DNA from: Octopus sinensis
Taxonomy: Eukaryota
Direction of reading: 5' to 3'
Assembly: GCF_006345805.1 (NCBI RefSeq)
Contig: NC_043007.1
Span: 53,692,001 to 53,756,000, forward strand
Length of the DNA: 64,000 nucleotides
Shown one piece after another: positions 24,630 through 37,285 of this stretch (position 1 is its first letter; each line of letters starts with the position of its first letter). The notes beneath the pieces are model-generated. The model made no database searches and was not told where the DNA came from. It saw nothing but the letters and a program-made list of their open reading frames with translations. A program made the position numbers and the translations under genes.

Positions 24630-25249
24630 TTTATATATTATTGTATTTTGTGATGGTCATTTATTTTGCCAGTTGGATGGTTGTTGTATGAAGATGGCAC
24701 TCAATGTCTCCTGGAAGAGTCATACAACAAACGCTGACTTATACCAAGGTCTACCAAAAGTAACATTGAAGATACAGCATAGAAGGATGAGGCTTGCTGG
24801 ACACTGCATCAGATATACCAATGAAATTGCTAACAAACTAGTGCTCTGGCAACCAACGGAAGGAAGAACCAGGAGAAGAAGGAGGAAGACGGCCTATATC
24901 GACAACTTGCTGGAGGATACTCGTATGGAAGGGGTACAGGAGCTGAGGACCATTAGAGAAGATCGAGATGAGTGGGGAAAATCTGTGGAAACAGTCTTGG
25001 GACATCCTGAGGGATGACCTAGATAGATAGATTTGCCAAATAAATACATGCAATATATAGATTTTCTTCACTTGTTTATTACTGTTCTTATTTTATTATT
25101 GTAACTCATGTCCATTGTCCAGAAATCTTTCATCACACTTCGGTGACCTCTTCAGTGACACTTTTCGTTTTCGTGTGTGTTCTTGCTGCACTTACTCTAT
25201 TCTCTTGTTCTAAGATGTGTATCCTTATGTGTGCATGCATTATTGTTCT

Positions 25250-25291
<42 letters not shown>

Positions 25292-27300
25292 AGTGCATAT
25301 GTGTGTATGCTTGTGTGTATGTCAGTTTTTAGCAGTAGTGTGGCCTTCCTCTCAGGCCCATCCTCTCACCTAAGACTCAAAAATATGATATAGTTCCTGC
25401 ATTCCTCTGTGCATGTGTGTTTGCCAACGGTGTTTATCATCGTAGTAGTTGTTGTTGCTATTGCCATTGTTGTTACCACTGCTGCTGCTGTCATTGTTAA
25501 TCATGTTTTCGACATCGTTGTGGCCATCCATGGAATTTGTGCGTGTGTATGGGTTCGCTTCATATATTGTATGATTACTCTGTTGATAGATTACCCGTTT
25601 TAGACATTGAACTCTGGCTAGAAATGAAGAACGGTAAGGTCCAGATCCTTCATTCTCATTATGCCAAACCCATGGCCTCTAAGTACCTTGTTTACAAGAA
25701 TGCAGCAATTGCAGACTGCACCAAGTTCAACATTCTTATAGCTGACTTGGTGAGAGTGATGAGGAATGTGTCTTGCATGTGCAACCCTATGGAATCGGAA
25801 AGACACATACAACACTTCATCCACCACATGTAGTTCTCTGGCTACAACAAAAAGTACAGGATTAGAGTATACAAAGGAGCCAGGACTAAGTACAAAGCCA
25901 TCATAAGGAGTGATTCTAAGGGGCTCTTCCTGCTGTACAGGAGTAAATCCTGGTACCTGTATTAAGATAAATAAGGCCAACACTTGGTATGACAACAAAA
26001 GATACCAGATTATCATGTTCGTCGGCTACCCCAGTAGTAAATCTATGAATTAAAGTAGTAGAGAGGCCTGGTGCCCCATTAAAATCCCTGATCTATAACA
26101 CCTATCTCTTTGATAAGTCCCCCTGTACAGAGTACAATTGTGTTGTATGTAGGATGAACCCACGGGTTAACTGTAAGGTTAGGAATTTAATGCATGGCTT
26201 ACAATGTACTGAGGGACAGTGCAGAAACATGACAACTACCTATAACTGGAGAAACTGCACACAGCATAAGAGAGCATATAGGTGAACATTGGTGAAAGCT
26301 CAAAGAATGGAAAAGATCGTCAATGCTCTACCAACATGCTCAGGCAGAACATGGTGGCTTGATTAATAGCGTAGTGGTTAAAGTATTATCAACACATAGA
26401 ACTGACATGACACTTAGACAGATCACAGAGGCTACACACATAGCAGCAGACAGATCGAGTCTCAATAGAAAATACGAATGGAACAGTAACACCCACCACC
26501 ATAACACATGACTAAAGACAGAAGAGAGAGAAAAAAAGTCACAAATAATACACAGAAACATACAAGGTAATACACACACAATAGACATATATGCACGTAC
26601 CTCTGATACTTATGAGATAGATGTATAAAATAAATAAATAAGACTAGATAAATAAATAAATATATTAGTCATATACCTCTGATAACTATAAGATATAAAG
26701 ATAGATAAAATAAATAAATAAATCTATATAAAGGGCATGGATGCATGCAGCATACGAAGTGAACCCATACACACAAGAAATTTCATGTACAGCCACAACA
26801 ATGTCAACAACATGATTAACAATGACAGCATCAGCGGTGGTGACAAGGATGGCAATAACAACAACTACCACAATGGCAACACCATGGGCAAACACACATA
26901 CACAGAGAACTTATATTTTCAGGTCTTAGGACAGCAGTAGCACAATGGGGTGGGAGGAAGGCTACACTGCTGCTAAAATCTATGATGCACACACAAGTAT
27001 ACGCACATACATACCCCCTCCCCCCCACACACACACACAACAAGGACACGAATGCATGTGCACATAAGGATGCAGACCTTAGAAAAACAGAATGGAGTAA
27101 GTGCAGCAAGAACAAACACAGAAACGGAAAGTGTTGCTGAAGAGGTCACAGAAGTTTGACAAAAGATTTCCAGACAATGGGCATGAGTTACAATAATAAA
27201 ATAAGAACAGTAATAAATGAGTGAAGAAAAAATATATAGTGCATGGCAAAAATAAAAATGACCATCATGAAATACAACAATATCAGTTTTAGCACACAAT
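24630..27300 (+). mobile_element. Neptune-like PLE 3' portion flanked by an inverted pLTR
   Basis: RT thumb RLPVLDIELW...HYAKPMASKYLV...SGY; GIY-YIG C..C...NC....C...C...GET...EH...LYQHAQAEH...RQITEATHI...LNRKYEWN. 25050-25572 is inverted at 26735-27240; degenerate hammerheads at 25116-25160 (-) and ~27132-27176 (+). Confidence 0.8.
24672..25032 (+). mobile_element. RTE(-X)-like LINE 3' fragment inserted in the PLE left arm
   Basis: LNVSWKSHTTNADLY..LPKV..KIQHRRMRLAGHCIR..LVLWQP..GR...YIDNL..D; (TAGA)n tail. Confidence 0.8.
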
Positions 27301-27356
27301 TTCACATCAGGAGCCTTGCAACACAAATTGATATATATATATATATATATTGAATG

Positions 27357-27394
<38 letters not shown>

Positions 27395-27414
<20 letters not shown>

Positions 27415-27603
27415 ATATGTATATATTTGAATGTGTGTCTGTGTTTGTCCCCCTACTGTTGCTTGATAACCTATGTTGGTGTGTTTACATCCCCCATAAC
27501 CTCGGGGTTTGGCAAAAGAGACCAATAGAATAAGTCCTGGGATTAATTGTTAAATGAAGGTGGTGCTCCAGCATGGCCACAGTCAAATGACTGAAACAAG
27601 TAA

Positions 27604-27638
<35 letters not shown>

Positions 27639-27945
27639 CATACTATATATATATAATATCTTATATATATATATATATGTATATATGTATATATTTGAAT
27701 GTGTGTCTGTGTTTGTCCCCCTACTGTTGCTTGATAACCTATGTTGGTGTGTTTACATCCCCCATAACCTCGGGGTTTGGCAAAAGAGACCAATAGAATA
27801 AGTCCTGGGATTAATTTGTTAAATGAAGGTGGTGCTCCAGCATGGCCACAGTCAAATGACTGAAACAAGTAAAATAATATATATATATATATATATATAT
27901 ACATACATACTATATATATATAATATCTTATATATATATATATAT
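27395..27945 (+). repeat. Near-perfect tandem duplication (~267 bp unit) of a SINE 3' half plus (TA)n
   Basis: 27400-27665 repeated at 27667-27935, with one T indel (GATTAATTGTT vs GATTAATTTGTT) plus (TA)n length differences. Confidence 0.85.
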
Positions 27946-27946
27946 G

Positions 27947-28231
27947 TCATAAAAGGAGCACTCTGTTGGTTATGATGACGAGGGTCCCAGCTGATACAAT
28001 CAATGGAACAGCTTGCTCATGAAATTAACATGTAAGTGGCTAGCACTCCACAGACACGTGTACCCTTAACATAGTTCTCAGGGAGATTCAGCATGATACA
28101 GAGTGTGACAAGGCAAGCCCTTTTGAAATACAGGTACTATTCATTTTAGCCAGACACAAGACGTTGCCGGGAATTGAGCTCACAATCTTATGATCCTGAG
28201 CCAAATGCCCTAACCACTAAGCCATGCACCT
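27947..28231 (-). mobile_element. tRNA-derived SINE, family B
   Basis: Minus head AGGTGCATGGCTTAGTGGTTAGGG...GAGCTCAATTCCCGGC (A and B boxes), related to 35462. Confidence 0.75.
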
Positions 28232-28245
28232 TCACTTATATATAT

Positions 28246-28430
28246 ATACTTGCTGCCTAGCCTCCCTCCTGGCTACCTGGTACCATTCCCTGCTACCCCC
28301 ATCCTTCCAGGCTTTCCAGGCTTGTTTCTTTGCCCTGATGGCCTTGTCTACTGTACTATTCCACCGCCATGTAACTCTAGGTCTGGAAGGGACTTTGCAC
28401 CAGCCACAGACTTGGTCTGTGGCGCTCAGT
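28246..28430 (-). mobile_element. Inverted internal fragment of the RTE at 31051-33668
   Basis: Minus LSATDQVCGWCKVPSRPRVTWRWNSTVDKAIRAKKQAWKAWKDGG; ~100 nt nearly identical to 31226-31329. Confidence 0.85.
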
Positions 28431-28460
28431 ATGTGTGTATACTTGTGTGTGCATCATACG

Positions 28461-28501
28461 CTGCATTGATAAAGGGCAATAACTCTGAAACATGTCTGCA
28501 G
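28461..28501 (+). ncRNA. Minimal type I hammerhead ribozyme with U3-A8 core variant
   Basis: ctgca UUGAUAA aggg caataa ctct GAAAC AU GUC tgcag: perfect 5-bp stem I, 4-bp stem II, palindromic ACAUGU stem III, GUC cleavage triplet. Confidence 0.75.
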
Positions 28502-28960
28502 ATGTCTGACTAGCAAGGTGAAGCGGCTGACCTCCCCTGTTTGAAGGTTGTAATGGACGCAGGTTCGTGTGTCAAATAGCTAGCTAGAGGCGATGGCCTC
28601 TTGGAGCTAATCAGCGACAGCTTTAGTCTTATTTATAGACTGCCATATTAGTATAGCGATAACTATTAATACCCAGTAACGCTGCCGTAATCTCCTTTAG
28701 AGAGACTTAGTAATTTTAATATTTCTATTATATATATATATATATATATATATATTTAAGTAGACAAATGAATTATCTTATTACGGATAATTCGAAAGAT
28801 AACCGATACCTGGGTAGCAAACTCACAACAGAAAAGGCACGGTTGAAGTTACGACCATAGGGCATAAAATCCGTGCCTTAGTGCGGAAATTTGAAGTTTT
28901 ATAAATTAAGTATAGGAAAGAATGGAGCTGAATGAAGATTTAACAAAATTCCTTTATTTT

Positions 28961-29046
28961 ATTTTCGACATATGTTTCGAAGTCTGCAAAGTCCCTAATT
29001 CCGAGTGAATAAGGAGTCCATTATGCAGCTTTCTCTTCAGGAAAAT
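28961..29046 (-). ncRNA. Type I hammerhead ribozyme, intact, long stem II
   Basis: Minus: attttc CUGAAGA gaaagctgca...tgcagacttc GAAAC AUAU GUC gaaaat. Confidence 0.85.
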
Positions 29047-29177
29047 CCAGGAACTTAATTCTCCAACAAAATGCACAACAAGCTTTTCGACGACTGCTCA
29101 CGAGGAGCCCATAAAGATAATGATGAGCAGTCATCGAAAAGCTTGTTGTGCATTTTGTTGGAGAATTAAGTTCCTGA

Positions 29178-29263
29178 ATTTTCCTGAAGAGAAAGATGCA
29201 TAATGGACTCCTTATTCACTCGGAATTAGGGACTTTGCAGACTTCGAAACATATGTCGAAAAT
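29178..29263 (+). ncRNA. Type I hammerhead ribozyme, intact, long stem II (inverted twin of 28961-29046)
   Basis: attttc CUGAAGA gaaagatgca...tgcagacttc GAAAC AUAU GUC gaaaat. Confidence 0.85.
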
Positions 29264-29314
29264 AAAATAAAGGAATTTTGTTAAACCTTCATTCAGCTCC
29301 ATTCTTTCCTATAC

Positions 29315-29372
<58 letters not shown>

Positions 29373-29389
29373 ATATATACATATGTATA

Positions 29390-29463
<74 letters not shown>

Positions 29464-29543
29464 CAAAGTGGAGTTGTGGGATACCGCACGAGTGGAATTA
29501 TATACGAAAGAAGGTTTGAAAATGCAATTTAAAAGGTGTTTAT

Positions 29544-29588
29544 TTACTTTACCGGTTTCACTCTTTGGAAAAAGTTTGTCAAAAGTAA
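29544..29588 (-). ncRNA. Minimal hammerhead, U3-A8 variant
   Basis: Minus: ttactt UUGACAA actttt tcca aagagt GAAAC CG GUA aagtaa. Confidence 0.7.
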
Positions 29589-30949
29589 CATGTGGAAGTT
29601 TGGTTGCGTTAATTATTGGTTGTTGCAAATTGCTACATTACATATATATATATACAGTCTTTGGTAACAGGGACATGTTAAGGACAAAAAAGTTCAACAA
29701 GTTCCTTAAAATATTGGGCACAAAAGATTACATAAATAATCGTTCTCATGGACATACTTAAGATAGTTTCCAGAAGGAATTGATATTGGTACTGCATCTG
29801 TATATTCAAACATGCACAGAATATTGGTTGACACAGAGTACTATAATCCATATAAATATACAGTCTTTGGTGACAACAGTATGTTGAGAATATAAAAAAG
29901 TTTAACAAGCTCATTGAAAAAATGGGCAGAAAAGATTAAAACAAATATATTATACATCTCAGGGTAATTTCCAGGAGGAATTATTAAAAAAAGTTCAGTA
30001 TACACATACAGAATATTATGAGTTCAAAAAGATTTACATTATTATAGTGGTGAAGTTAGAACTAACCTGTCTGTTTTAGGAGAAATGTGGAATTGAAAAG
30101 AATGCACCCTTTTTTTTCTTTTTTTCTTTTTTTGGCTCTCCTTCAAGCATCAATGATTTTGGGGTCAGAATGAGGTGAGTATGTGTGTCTTTGTGTGTAT
30201 GTGTGTGTATACATACATATGTGGTGTGAATAGATGTGACAACCACACACTTGGTTGACAAACAGACACCTTCCTACCAAATATTACAGACACACAGACA
30301 CATCTATTCACACCACATATGTATGTATACACACACACATACACACAAAGACACACATACTCACCTCATTCTGACCCCAAAATCATTGATGCTTGAAGGA
30401 GAGCCAAAAAAACAAAAAAACAAAAAAAAGGTACATTCTTTTCAATTCCACATTTCTCCTAAAACGGACAGGTTAGTTCTAACTTCACCACTATAATAAT
30501 GTAAATCTTTTTGAACTCATAATATTCTGTATGTGTATACTGAACTTTTTTTAATAATTCCTCCTGGAAATTACCCTGAGATGTATAATATATTTGTTTT
30601 AATCTTTTCTGCCCATTTTTTCAATGAGCTTGTTAAACTTTTTTATATTCTCAACATACTGTTGTCACCAAAGACTGTATATTTATATGGATTATAGTAC
30701 TCTGTGTCAACCAATATTCTGTGCATGTTTGAATATACAGATACAGTACCAATATCAATTCCTTCTGGAAACTATCTTAAGTATGTCCTTGAGAACGATT
30801 ATTTATGTAATCTTTTGTGCCCAATATTTTAAGGAACTTGTTGAACTTTTTTATGTCCTTAACATGTCCCTGTTACCAAAGACTGTATATATATATGTAA
30901 TGTAGCAATTTGCAACAACCAATAATTAACGCAACCAAACTTCCACATG

Positions 30950-30994
30950 TTACTTTTGACAAACTTTTTCCAAAGAGTGAAACCGGTAAAGTAA
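30950..30994 (+). ncRNA. Minimal hammerhead, U3-A8 variant (twin of 29544-29588)
   Basis: ttactt UUGACAA actttt tcca aagagt GAAAC CG GUA aagtaa: 6-bp stem I, 6-bp stem II, palindromic ACCGGU. Confidence 0.7.
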
Positions 30995-31050
30995 ATAAAC
31001 ACCTTTTAAATTGCATTTTCAAACCTTCTTTCGTATATATATATATATAT

Positions 31051-33668
31051 AGAAGGATACCAAGAAGCAAACCAATCCAAAAATAGGAGGATTTGGAAGC
31101 TAAAGAATCCTTCACATGGTCAGAGATTTAGAGAAATCCTCATCAATAAATTTGAGGAGAGGGAGGAGGAGCTACAGACATCGGACATAGAAGGTAGCTG
31201 GAAATTCTTATGGGACAGCTTATGGGACAAGGCCATCAGGGCAAAGAAACAGGCCTGGAAAGCCTGGAAGGATGGGGGTAGCAGGGAATGGTACCAGGTA
31301 GCCAGGAGGGAGGCTAGGCAGCAAGTATACATAGCCAAGAGCGTAGCGGTAAAGAGGAAGTTTGCCAATGTCCAAAGAACTGAGGTATTTCGGATTGCAA
31401 GACAGTGTGAGGGAGAAAATTGTGATGTCACAGGGAAGAAATGTGTTTGAATGGATGATGGGGCACTTGCTTTTTGTGATTCTGAAAAGAAAGAGGCTTG
31501 GAGAAGCCACTATGAAAGACTGCTGAATGTGGAGAATGAGTGGGAGGAGGAGAGCCTGCCAAATGTTGACCCAGTAGAAGGACCAGCTACCCGTATAGAT
31601 AGCTCCGTAGTAGTTAAGGTAATTAAGGGAATGAAGCCAGGAAAAGCCCTCAGCCCATCAGGAATCACTGCTGAGATGCTTAAAACATCTGGTGGTGTGG
31701 TCTACAGCCTAGTCACCCGCATTGTAAACCAAGTAGTTCAAAATGGAGTCATACTCAATGACTGGCGTAGCAGCACCATAGTCAACTGCTACAAGGTGAT
31801 GCTCTAGATAGAAATAACTACAGGGGTATTAAACTGCTGGATCAGGTGATGAAGGTCACAGAGAGGGTCATAGCTCATCTCATTAGGGAGAGAATTTGCT
31901 TAGATGAGATGCAGTTTGGTTTTGTGCCTGGCAGAAGCACTACTGATGCCATATTCATGGTTCGACAACTGCAGGAGAAATACCTAGCCAAAGATAAGCC
32001 CCTATACCTAGCTTTTGTGGACTTGGAGAAAGCTTTTGACAGGGTCCCACGATCCCTTATCTGGTGGGCGATGCGGAAACTGGAGATTGACAAATGGTTA
32101 ATAAGGGCTGTACAGGCCCTATACAGAGAGGCTGTCAGCAAGGTTAGGATTGGCAATGAGTACAGTCAAGAATTCAGGGTAGAAGTTGGCGTCCACCAAG
32201 GCTCAGCCCTCAGCCCCCTTCTATTCATCATAGTCCTCCAGGCAATAACGGAGGAATTTAAGACGAGTTGTCCCTGAGAGCTCCTCTATGCTGATGACCT
32301 AGCCCTCGTAGCAGAATTGCTACCGGAACTAGAGATGAAATTTCGTGTGTGGAAGCTAGGTTTAGAATCAAAAGGCCTTAGGGTCAATGTATCAAAGACC
32401 AAAGTTCTAGTAAGTAGGAAGGCAAAATCACCCCCCTCCTTTCAGGTAGGTGGCCCTTCTCGATCTGTAGAAAAGGTGTAGGTAGAAACTCCATAAGATG
32501 TACCCAGTGTAAGCTATGGACACATAAGAGGTGCAGCAACGAAACTTAACCGAGAAGATAGTTTTCGTGTGCGGCAGATGCACAGGGGCAATAGACACCA
32601 TTGATACTCAGAAAACAGATTCCATTACACTCCTTGGGGAGAAACTAGAAGTAGTTGATAGTTTCTGCTACCTAGCTGACCAAGTTAGTAGCAGGGGTGG
32701 ATGCTCAGAGAGCGTTACCACTAGAATAGGAATAGCTTGGGCAAAGTTTAGGAAGCTTCTTCCCTTACTGGTGACAAAGGCTCTCTCGCTCAGAGTGAAA
32801 GGTAGGTTGTACGATCATGTGTGCGAACTGCCATGCTTCATGGAAGTGAAACATGGGCTGTGACTGCGGAGGACATGCGTAGGCTTGAAAGAAATGAAGC
32901 TAGCATGATCTTCTGGATGTGTAATGTCAGTGTCCATGCATGACAAAGTGTAAGCGTCCGAGAGAAATGTTGGGCATAAGAAGCATCGGATGCAGCGTGC
33001 ACGAGAGACGATTGCGTTGGTACGGTCATGTACTAAGGATGGATGAGGAGAGATGTGTGAAGAATTGCCACACCAAAACTGTTGAAGGAATCCGGGGTAG
33101 AGGTAGACCCAGAAAGACATGGGACGAGGTCGTCAAGCATGACCTTCGTACTTTGAGCCTCACAGAGGCTATGACGAATGACCGAGACCTCTGGAGATAT
33201 GCTGTGACTTTGAAGACCCGACAAATGAAGTGAGTTCATGCTCGCAGGACGGCCTGCTGTGCTAACCTTGGATCGTAGAGTGACCTGCTGTTCTTGAGGA
33301 GACCTGTTGAGTCAAGTTCGTCAACATCAAAATAAAAATTCAAATGGAAATTGTAGTTAAGACACCCGTGCCGGTGACATGTAAAAAGCACTGTTTGAAC
33401 ATGGCAGATTGACTGGCGTCCGTGTCGGTGACACGTAAAAGCACCAACCGATCGTGGCCGTTTTCCAGCCTACTCTGGCTCCTGTGCCAGTAGCACGTAA
33501 GAAAACGCCCACTACACTTACGGATTGGTTAGCGTTAGGAAGGGCATCCAGCTGTAGAAACACTGCCAAATCAGACTAGAGCCTGGTGCAGCCTCCATGG
33601 CTTACCAGACCCCGGTCGAACCGTCCAACCCATGCTAGCATGGAAAACAGACGTTAAATGATGATGAT
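31051..33668 (+). mobile_element. RTE-clade LINE, 5'-truncated (RT, PHD-like Zn finger, C-terminus, 3'UTR)
   Basis: QFGFVPGRSTTDAIF..RQLQEK, AFVDLEKAFDRVPR, GVHQGSALSPLLF, LYADDL, then a Cys/His finger, then RLRWYGHV..RGRGRPRKTW; (TGA)n tail. Confidence 0.93.
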
Positions 33669-33675
33669 ATACATA

Positions 33676-34899
33676 CAGACATGACAGAAATAGACACGCC
33701 ATAAAACATTGTTTTATATTTAACTTGATAAGGTTTATATTTTAATTTAATTGACATTTTTATGTTTCAGGTTCTGTATGTGACTCTTTAATCATACCAC
33801 ATACAGAAGAAACCTTGAAACTGTCCGAATTTCATACAGGCTGTATTGTGGGTCAATCTGAAAGTGGACTTAGCATAAAATCACAGAAAACCTTGTGATC
33901 CCACTTTCTCCAGTTAATAGAGTGATTGTCAATTCACCAGAGAAGAGAAGAAGTTCACATCACCTCACCCAGGGCTCTCTGATAGGACCCTTTGTTTGTT
34001 AAGAGAAGTGTGGTGGATAATCCTCATTGCAAGGCCTCTGACATAGCAGAACTAGTTGATGTCAGTCCCAGAACAGCTGTTAGGTATCTCTACAAACTTG
34101 GCTACTCTGACAAAACAGCAAGAAGGAAGCCAATTCTTCAACCAACCAATATCAAGCAGAGAAAAGATTGGGCCAGTGAGATGGATTGAGAGGCCATAAG
34201 CATTTTGGGACATTGTCATATTCTCTGAGTACAGATTTGCTGTATTTTTTGGTAGTGATCAAGTGTGGGTCTGGAGACTCTGTGATCAAGAATTTGACAT
34301 GAAAAGATTGCAGACAACAATGAAACATGGTGGATATTCTGTGATGGTATGGAGGAGCAATTTGAGCAATGGTTGATCAAATGTGATGGAGTGTGAGGGA
34401 AACATAAACTCAAATAAATATGTGTCCATATTGCAGAAAGGACTCCTTCCAATCTTTTCCAGTGATGAAATGATTAAAGACACCTTATTTATGGAAGATG
34501 AGGCTCTTTGTGACACAGCTAAAAAAGACCTAAGATTGGTTGGAAGAGAATGGCATTAAAAATCTTCCAGATATGAACCCTATTGAACACCTCTGGGGTA
34601 TAATGAACCCTATTGAACACCAGATATGAACCCTATTGAACACCTCTGGGGTATAATGAACAGGATACTGAAAGCATCCTCAAAACCAGATCTTTTGAGA
34701 TTACTGCATGAAACCGGGCAAGTAATTCCTCAGGAGAATATTCGTCATTTGATCATTAGCACTGAAAAATGCAAAGGGCATGTCTACTCAAAATTAGATA
34801 TTCACATTATAATAATTAATAAATAACTTGAATGTATGATTTTAAATTTAAATAAATTTTAATATTGAAATCGGTGTCTATTTACTTCTGTCATGTGTG
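33676..34899 (+). mobile_element. Decayed Tc1-like (DD34E) transposon
   Basis: TA then CAGACATGACAGAAATAGACAC TIR, with GTGTCTATTT..TTCTGTCATGT at the right end; motifs ARRKPIL, VIFSE, KHGGYSVMVW, MNPIEHLWG. Confidence 0.85.
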
Positions 34900-35187
34900 T
34901 GTGTGTGTGTGTGCGAGCGCACGCGCACGTGTGTGTGTGTATCATATATATATATATCACTGCTCGACACTCAACAGGCTCCATTTCACACTTGACTCAG
35001 TTCAAACACCTGTAAATCAGAAACCACAATTAGTTCAGAGCTGTGATTTGCCACTCAATCTATAGAGATATAAATAATTGCACATGCAAAATTTCAGCTA
35101 GATCAAACAACTGCAAGTGGGTCAGGGGCATTACTTATTGAACGTCTCTTGTATACATACACACATATATATATATATATATATAAT

Positions 35188-35352
35188 AGGTGCAGACATG
35201 ACTGTGTGGTAAGAGGCTTGCTTCCCAACTACATGATTCTGGGTTCAGTCCCACTGCATAGTACCATGGGCAAGTGTCTTCTACTGTAGTGTCAGGCTGA
35301 TCAAAGCCTTGTAAGTGAATTTGGTAAATGGAAACTGAAAGAAGCCTGTCGT
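35188..35352 (+). mobile_element. SINE family A, 5' half
   Basis: Head colinear with 12248. Confidence 0.8.
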
Positions 35353-35388
35353 ACATACATACATACATACATACACACATATATATAT

Positions 35389-35431
<43 letters not shown>

Positions 35432-35461
35432 TATATATATAATATGTGACAATCTAGTTAA

Positions 35462-35802
35462 CGCGCATGGCTCAGTGGTTAGAGCGTCGAGCTTACGATC
35501 GTGAGGTTGTGAGCTCGAATCCCGGACGGGGCTGTGTGTTGTGTTCTTGAGCAAGGCGCTTTATTTCACGTTGCTCCAGTTCACTCAGCTGTAGAAATGA
35601 GTTGCGACGTCACAGGTGCCAAGCTGTATCGGCCCTTGCCTTTCCCTTGGACAACATCGGTGACGTGGAGAGGGGAGGCCGGTATGCATGGGCGACTGCT
35701 GGTCTTCCATAAAACAACCTTGCCCAGACTTGTGCCTCAGAGGGTATCTCTCTAGGTGCAAACCCATGGTCAGTGCCTGACCGAAGGGGGTCTTTACCCT
35801 TT
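35462..35802 (+). mobile_element. tRNA-derived SINE with conserved central domain (family B-like head)
   Basis: TGGCTCAGTGG A box, GCTCGAATCC B box, then TTCTTGAGCAAGGCGCTTTATTTCACGTTGCTCCAGTTCACTCAGCTG. Confidence 0.8.
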
Positions 35803-35827
35803 TTATGTGACAATCATTCGGTAGCCA

Positions 35828-35890
35828 AGATAAAACATTGAGTTTCGGATGCCGAGGTGGAAATCCACACTACCATCTCTTCAGTTATCC
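35828..35890 (-). ncRNA. Hammerhead motif (slightly decayed twin of 36348-36410)
   Basis: Minus: gataa CUGAAGA gatg...catcc GAAAC UCAAU GUU ttatc. Confidence 0.6.
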
Positions 35891-36347
35891 GGCCATCGGA
35901 AAAACACTATGAAAAAAGACCATTATACAAAAGCGCTAATTCCAATGACCGCTAATTAAAATAAGTTCATTGTAAATGCATAAGCGCGCTTGTTCATACG
36001 TACATATGTGTGCTCGCACACCCAAGTGCGTATGCATACATCACTATAAAAACGTACACATCTTCACTCGCATCTTTTGCCAAATGTATATGCATATACA
36101 TACAAATCCACACACACACACGAGCACATGCAAGTGAAGACGTGTACGTTTTCATAGTGATGTATGCGTACACATGTGGGTGTGCGAGCGCACATGTGTA
36201 CATATGAACAAGCGCGCTTACGCGTTTACTATGAACTTATCTTAATTAGCTGTCATTAGAATTAGCGCTTTTGTATAAATAGTGGTCTATAACACAGTAA
36301 TTTCCCTTTGTATAATGGTCTTTTTTCATAACGTTTTTCCGATGGCC

Positions 36348-36410
36348 AGATAACTGAAGAGATGGTGGTGTGGATTTCCACCTCGGCATCTGAAACTCAG
36401 AGTTTTATCT
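36348..36410 (+). ncRNA. Type I hammerhead motif
   Basis: agataa CUGAAGA gatg gtgg tgtggatttccac ctcgg catc t GAAAC UCAGA GUU ttatct. Confidence 0.7.
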
Positions 36411-36526
36411 TGGCTACCAAATAATTGTCACATATTATATTTACAGATAAATTCCTCTATTTACATAATATTGAGGTCTCTTTCTTTCTTTTGTTATCTT
36501 ACCGTTTTTACCAATATATATATATA

Positions 36527-36743
36527 TCTTATTATAAAAGGCAGATTTTATCTGCCTCCCTTTGTCTCTTATAGAAATCTACAATATAGGATTTCTTCAA
36601 TTACAATTTACCTAGCATTTTTAAGAGTAGAATACATCGGGTCGTGCCAGGTACAGTTTTTCAAATTTCACCCCCAATTAAGCAAAATTTCGAGAAAACT
36701 CACATTGTGGTGTGTAAGTGAAGTGCTTTTCTTAGTCTGGGCT

Positions 36744-36786
<43 letters not shown>

Positions 36787-37252
36787 AGCGAACTGCTTCA
36801 CTCATGCTATCACCCTAATTTCTCCTCCTTTCTCTTTGCAAGTGTGCAACGATTAAAGTGAAAGTATTTATATAAAACGGATGAACTGCTTCACTCATGC
36901 TATCAACATAATTTCTCATACTTTCTCTTTGCAAGTGTACCTTAAACCACTACTCAAAAAAAAACACAGCAAACAGAAACAAATAAATACATAACGATTT
37001 ACTCCTCACACAATTTCTTCAATTAGAGTTTACCTATGATTTTTCAAAGTACTTCCATTCGGTCATGGCATACAAAATTTCTTTCAATTTCACCCCCATT
37101 TCAGAAAAAATTCGAGAAAACTAAATATTTTACCATTTCACTCTTTCACTCTGCATATTACTCCCACTTCCTCTTTACACACATAGACACGCAAATATAT
37201 AAATAAAATTGTAAGCTAACGTGTGTGTGTGTGCGTGTGTGTGAGTGTGTGT

Positions 37253-37285
<33 letters not shown>

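Larger units (their letters stand above)
28760..29320. mobile_element. Non-coding PLE-terminus foldback between (TA)n tracts
   Basis: 28906-29100 is inverted at 29124-29318 with a ~23 nt spacer; an extra ~150 nt tail (with GATACCTGGGTAGCAAA) lies on the left only. Confidence 0.85.
29460..31040. mobile_element. Large foldback (~740 bp arms) of a PLE-like terminus in (TA)n
   Basis: 29500-30237 is inverted at 30300-31038 with scattered substitutions; the left arm has an extra ~40 nt tail; same family as 59590-61180. Confidence 0.85.
35803..36515. mobile_element. PLE-terminus foldback with twin hammerheads
   Basis: 35803-36070 is inverted at 36130-36435; an extra ~80 nt tail on the right (ATTTACATAATATTGAGGTCTC) is also found reversed at 17400-17450. 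Confidence 0.8.

Noticed and set aside
35462-35530. Possible tRNA genes (also at 12248, 14030, 28160)
   Set aside because: A/B boxes run directly into SINE or PLE bodies and no proper acceptor stem is visible; these are tRNA-derived heads.
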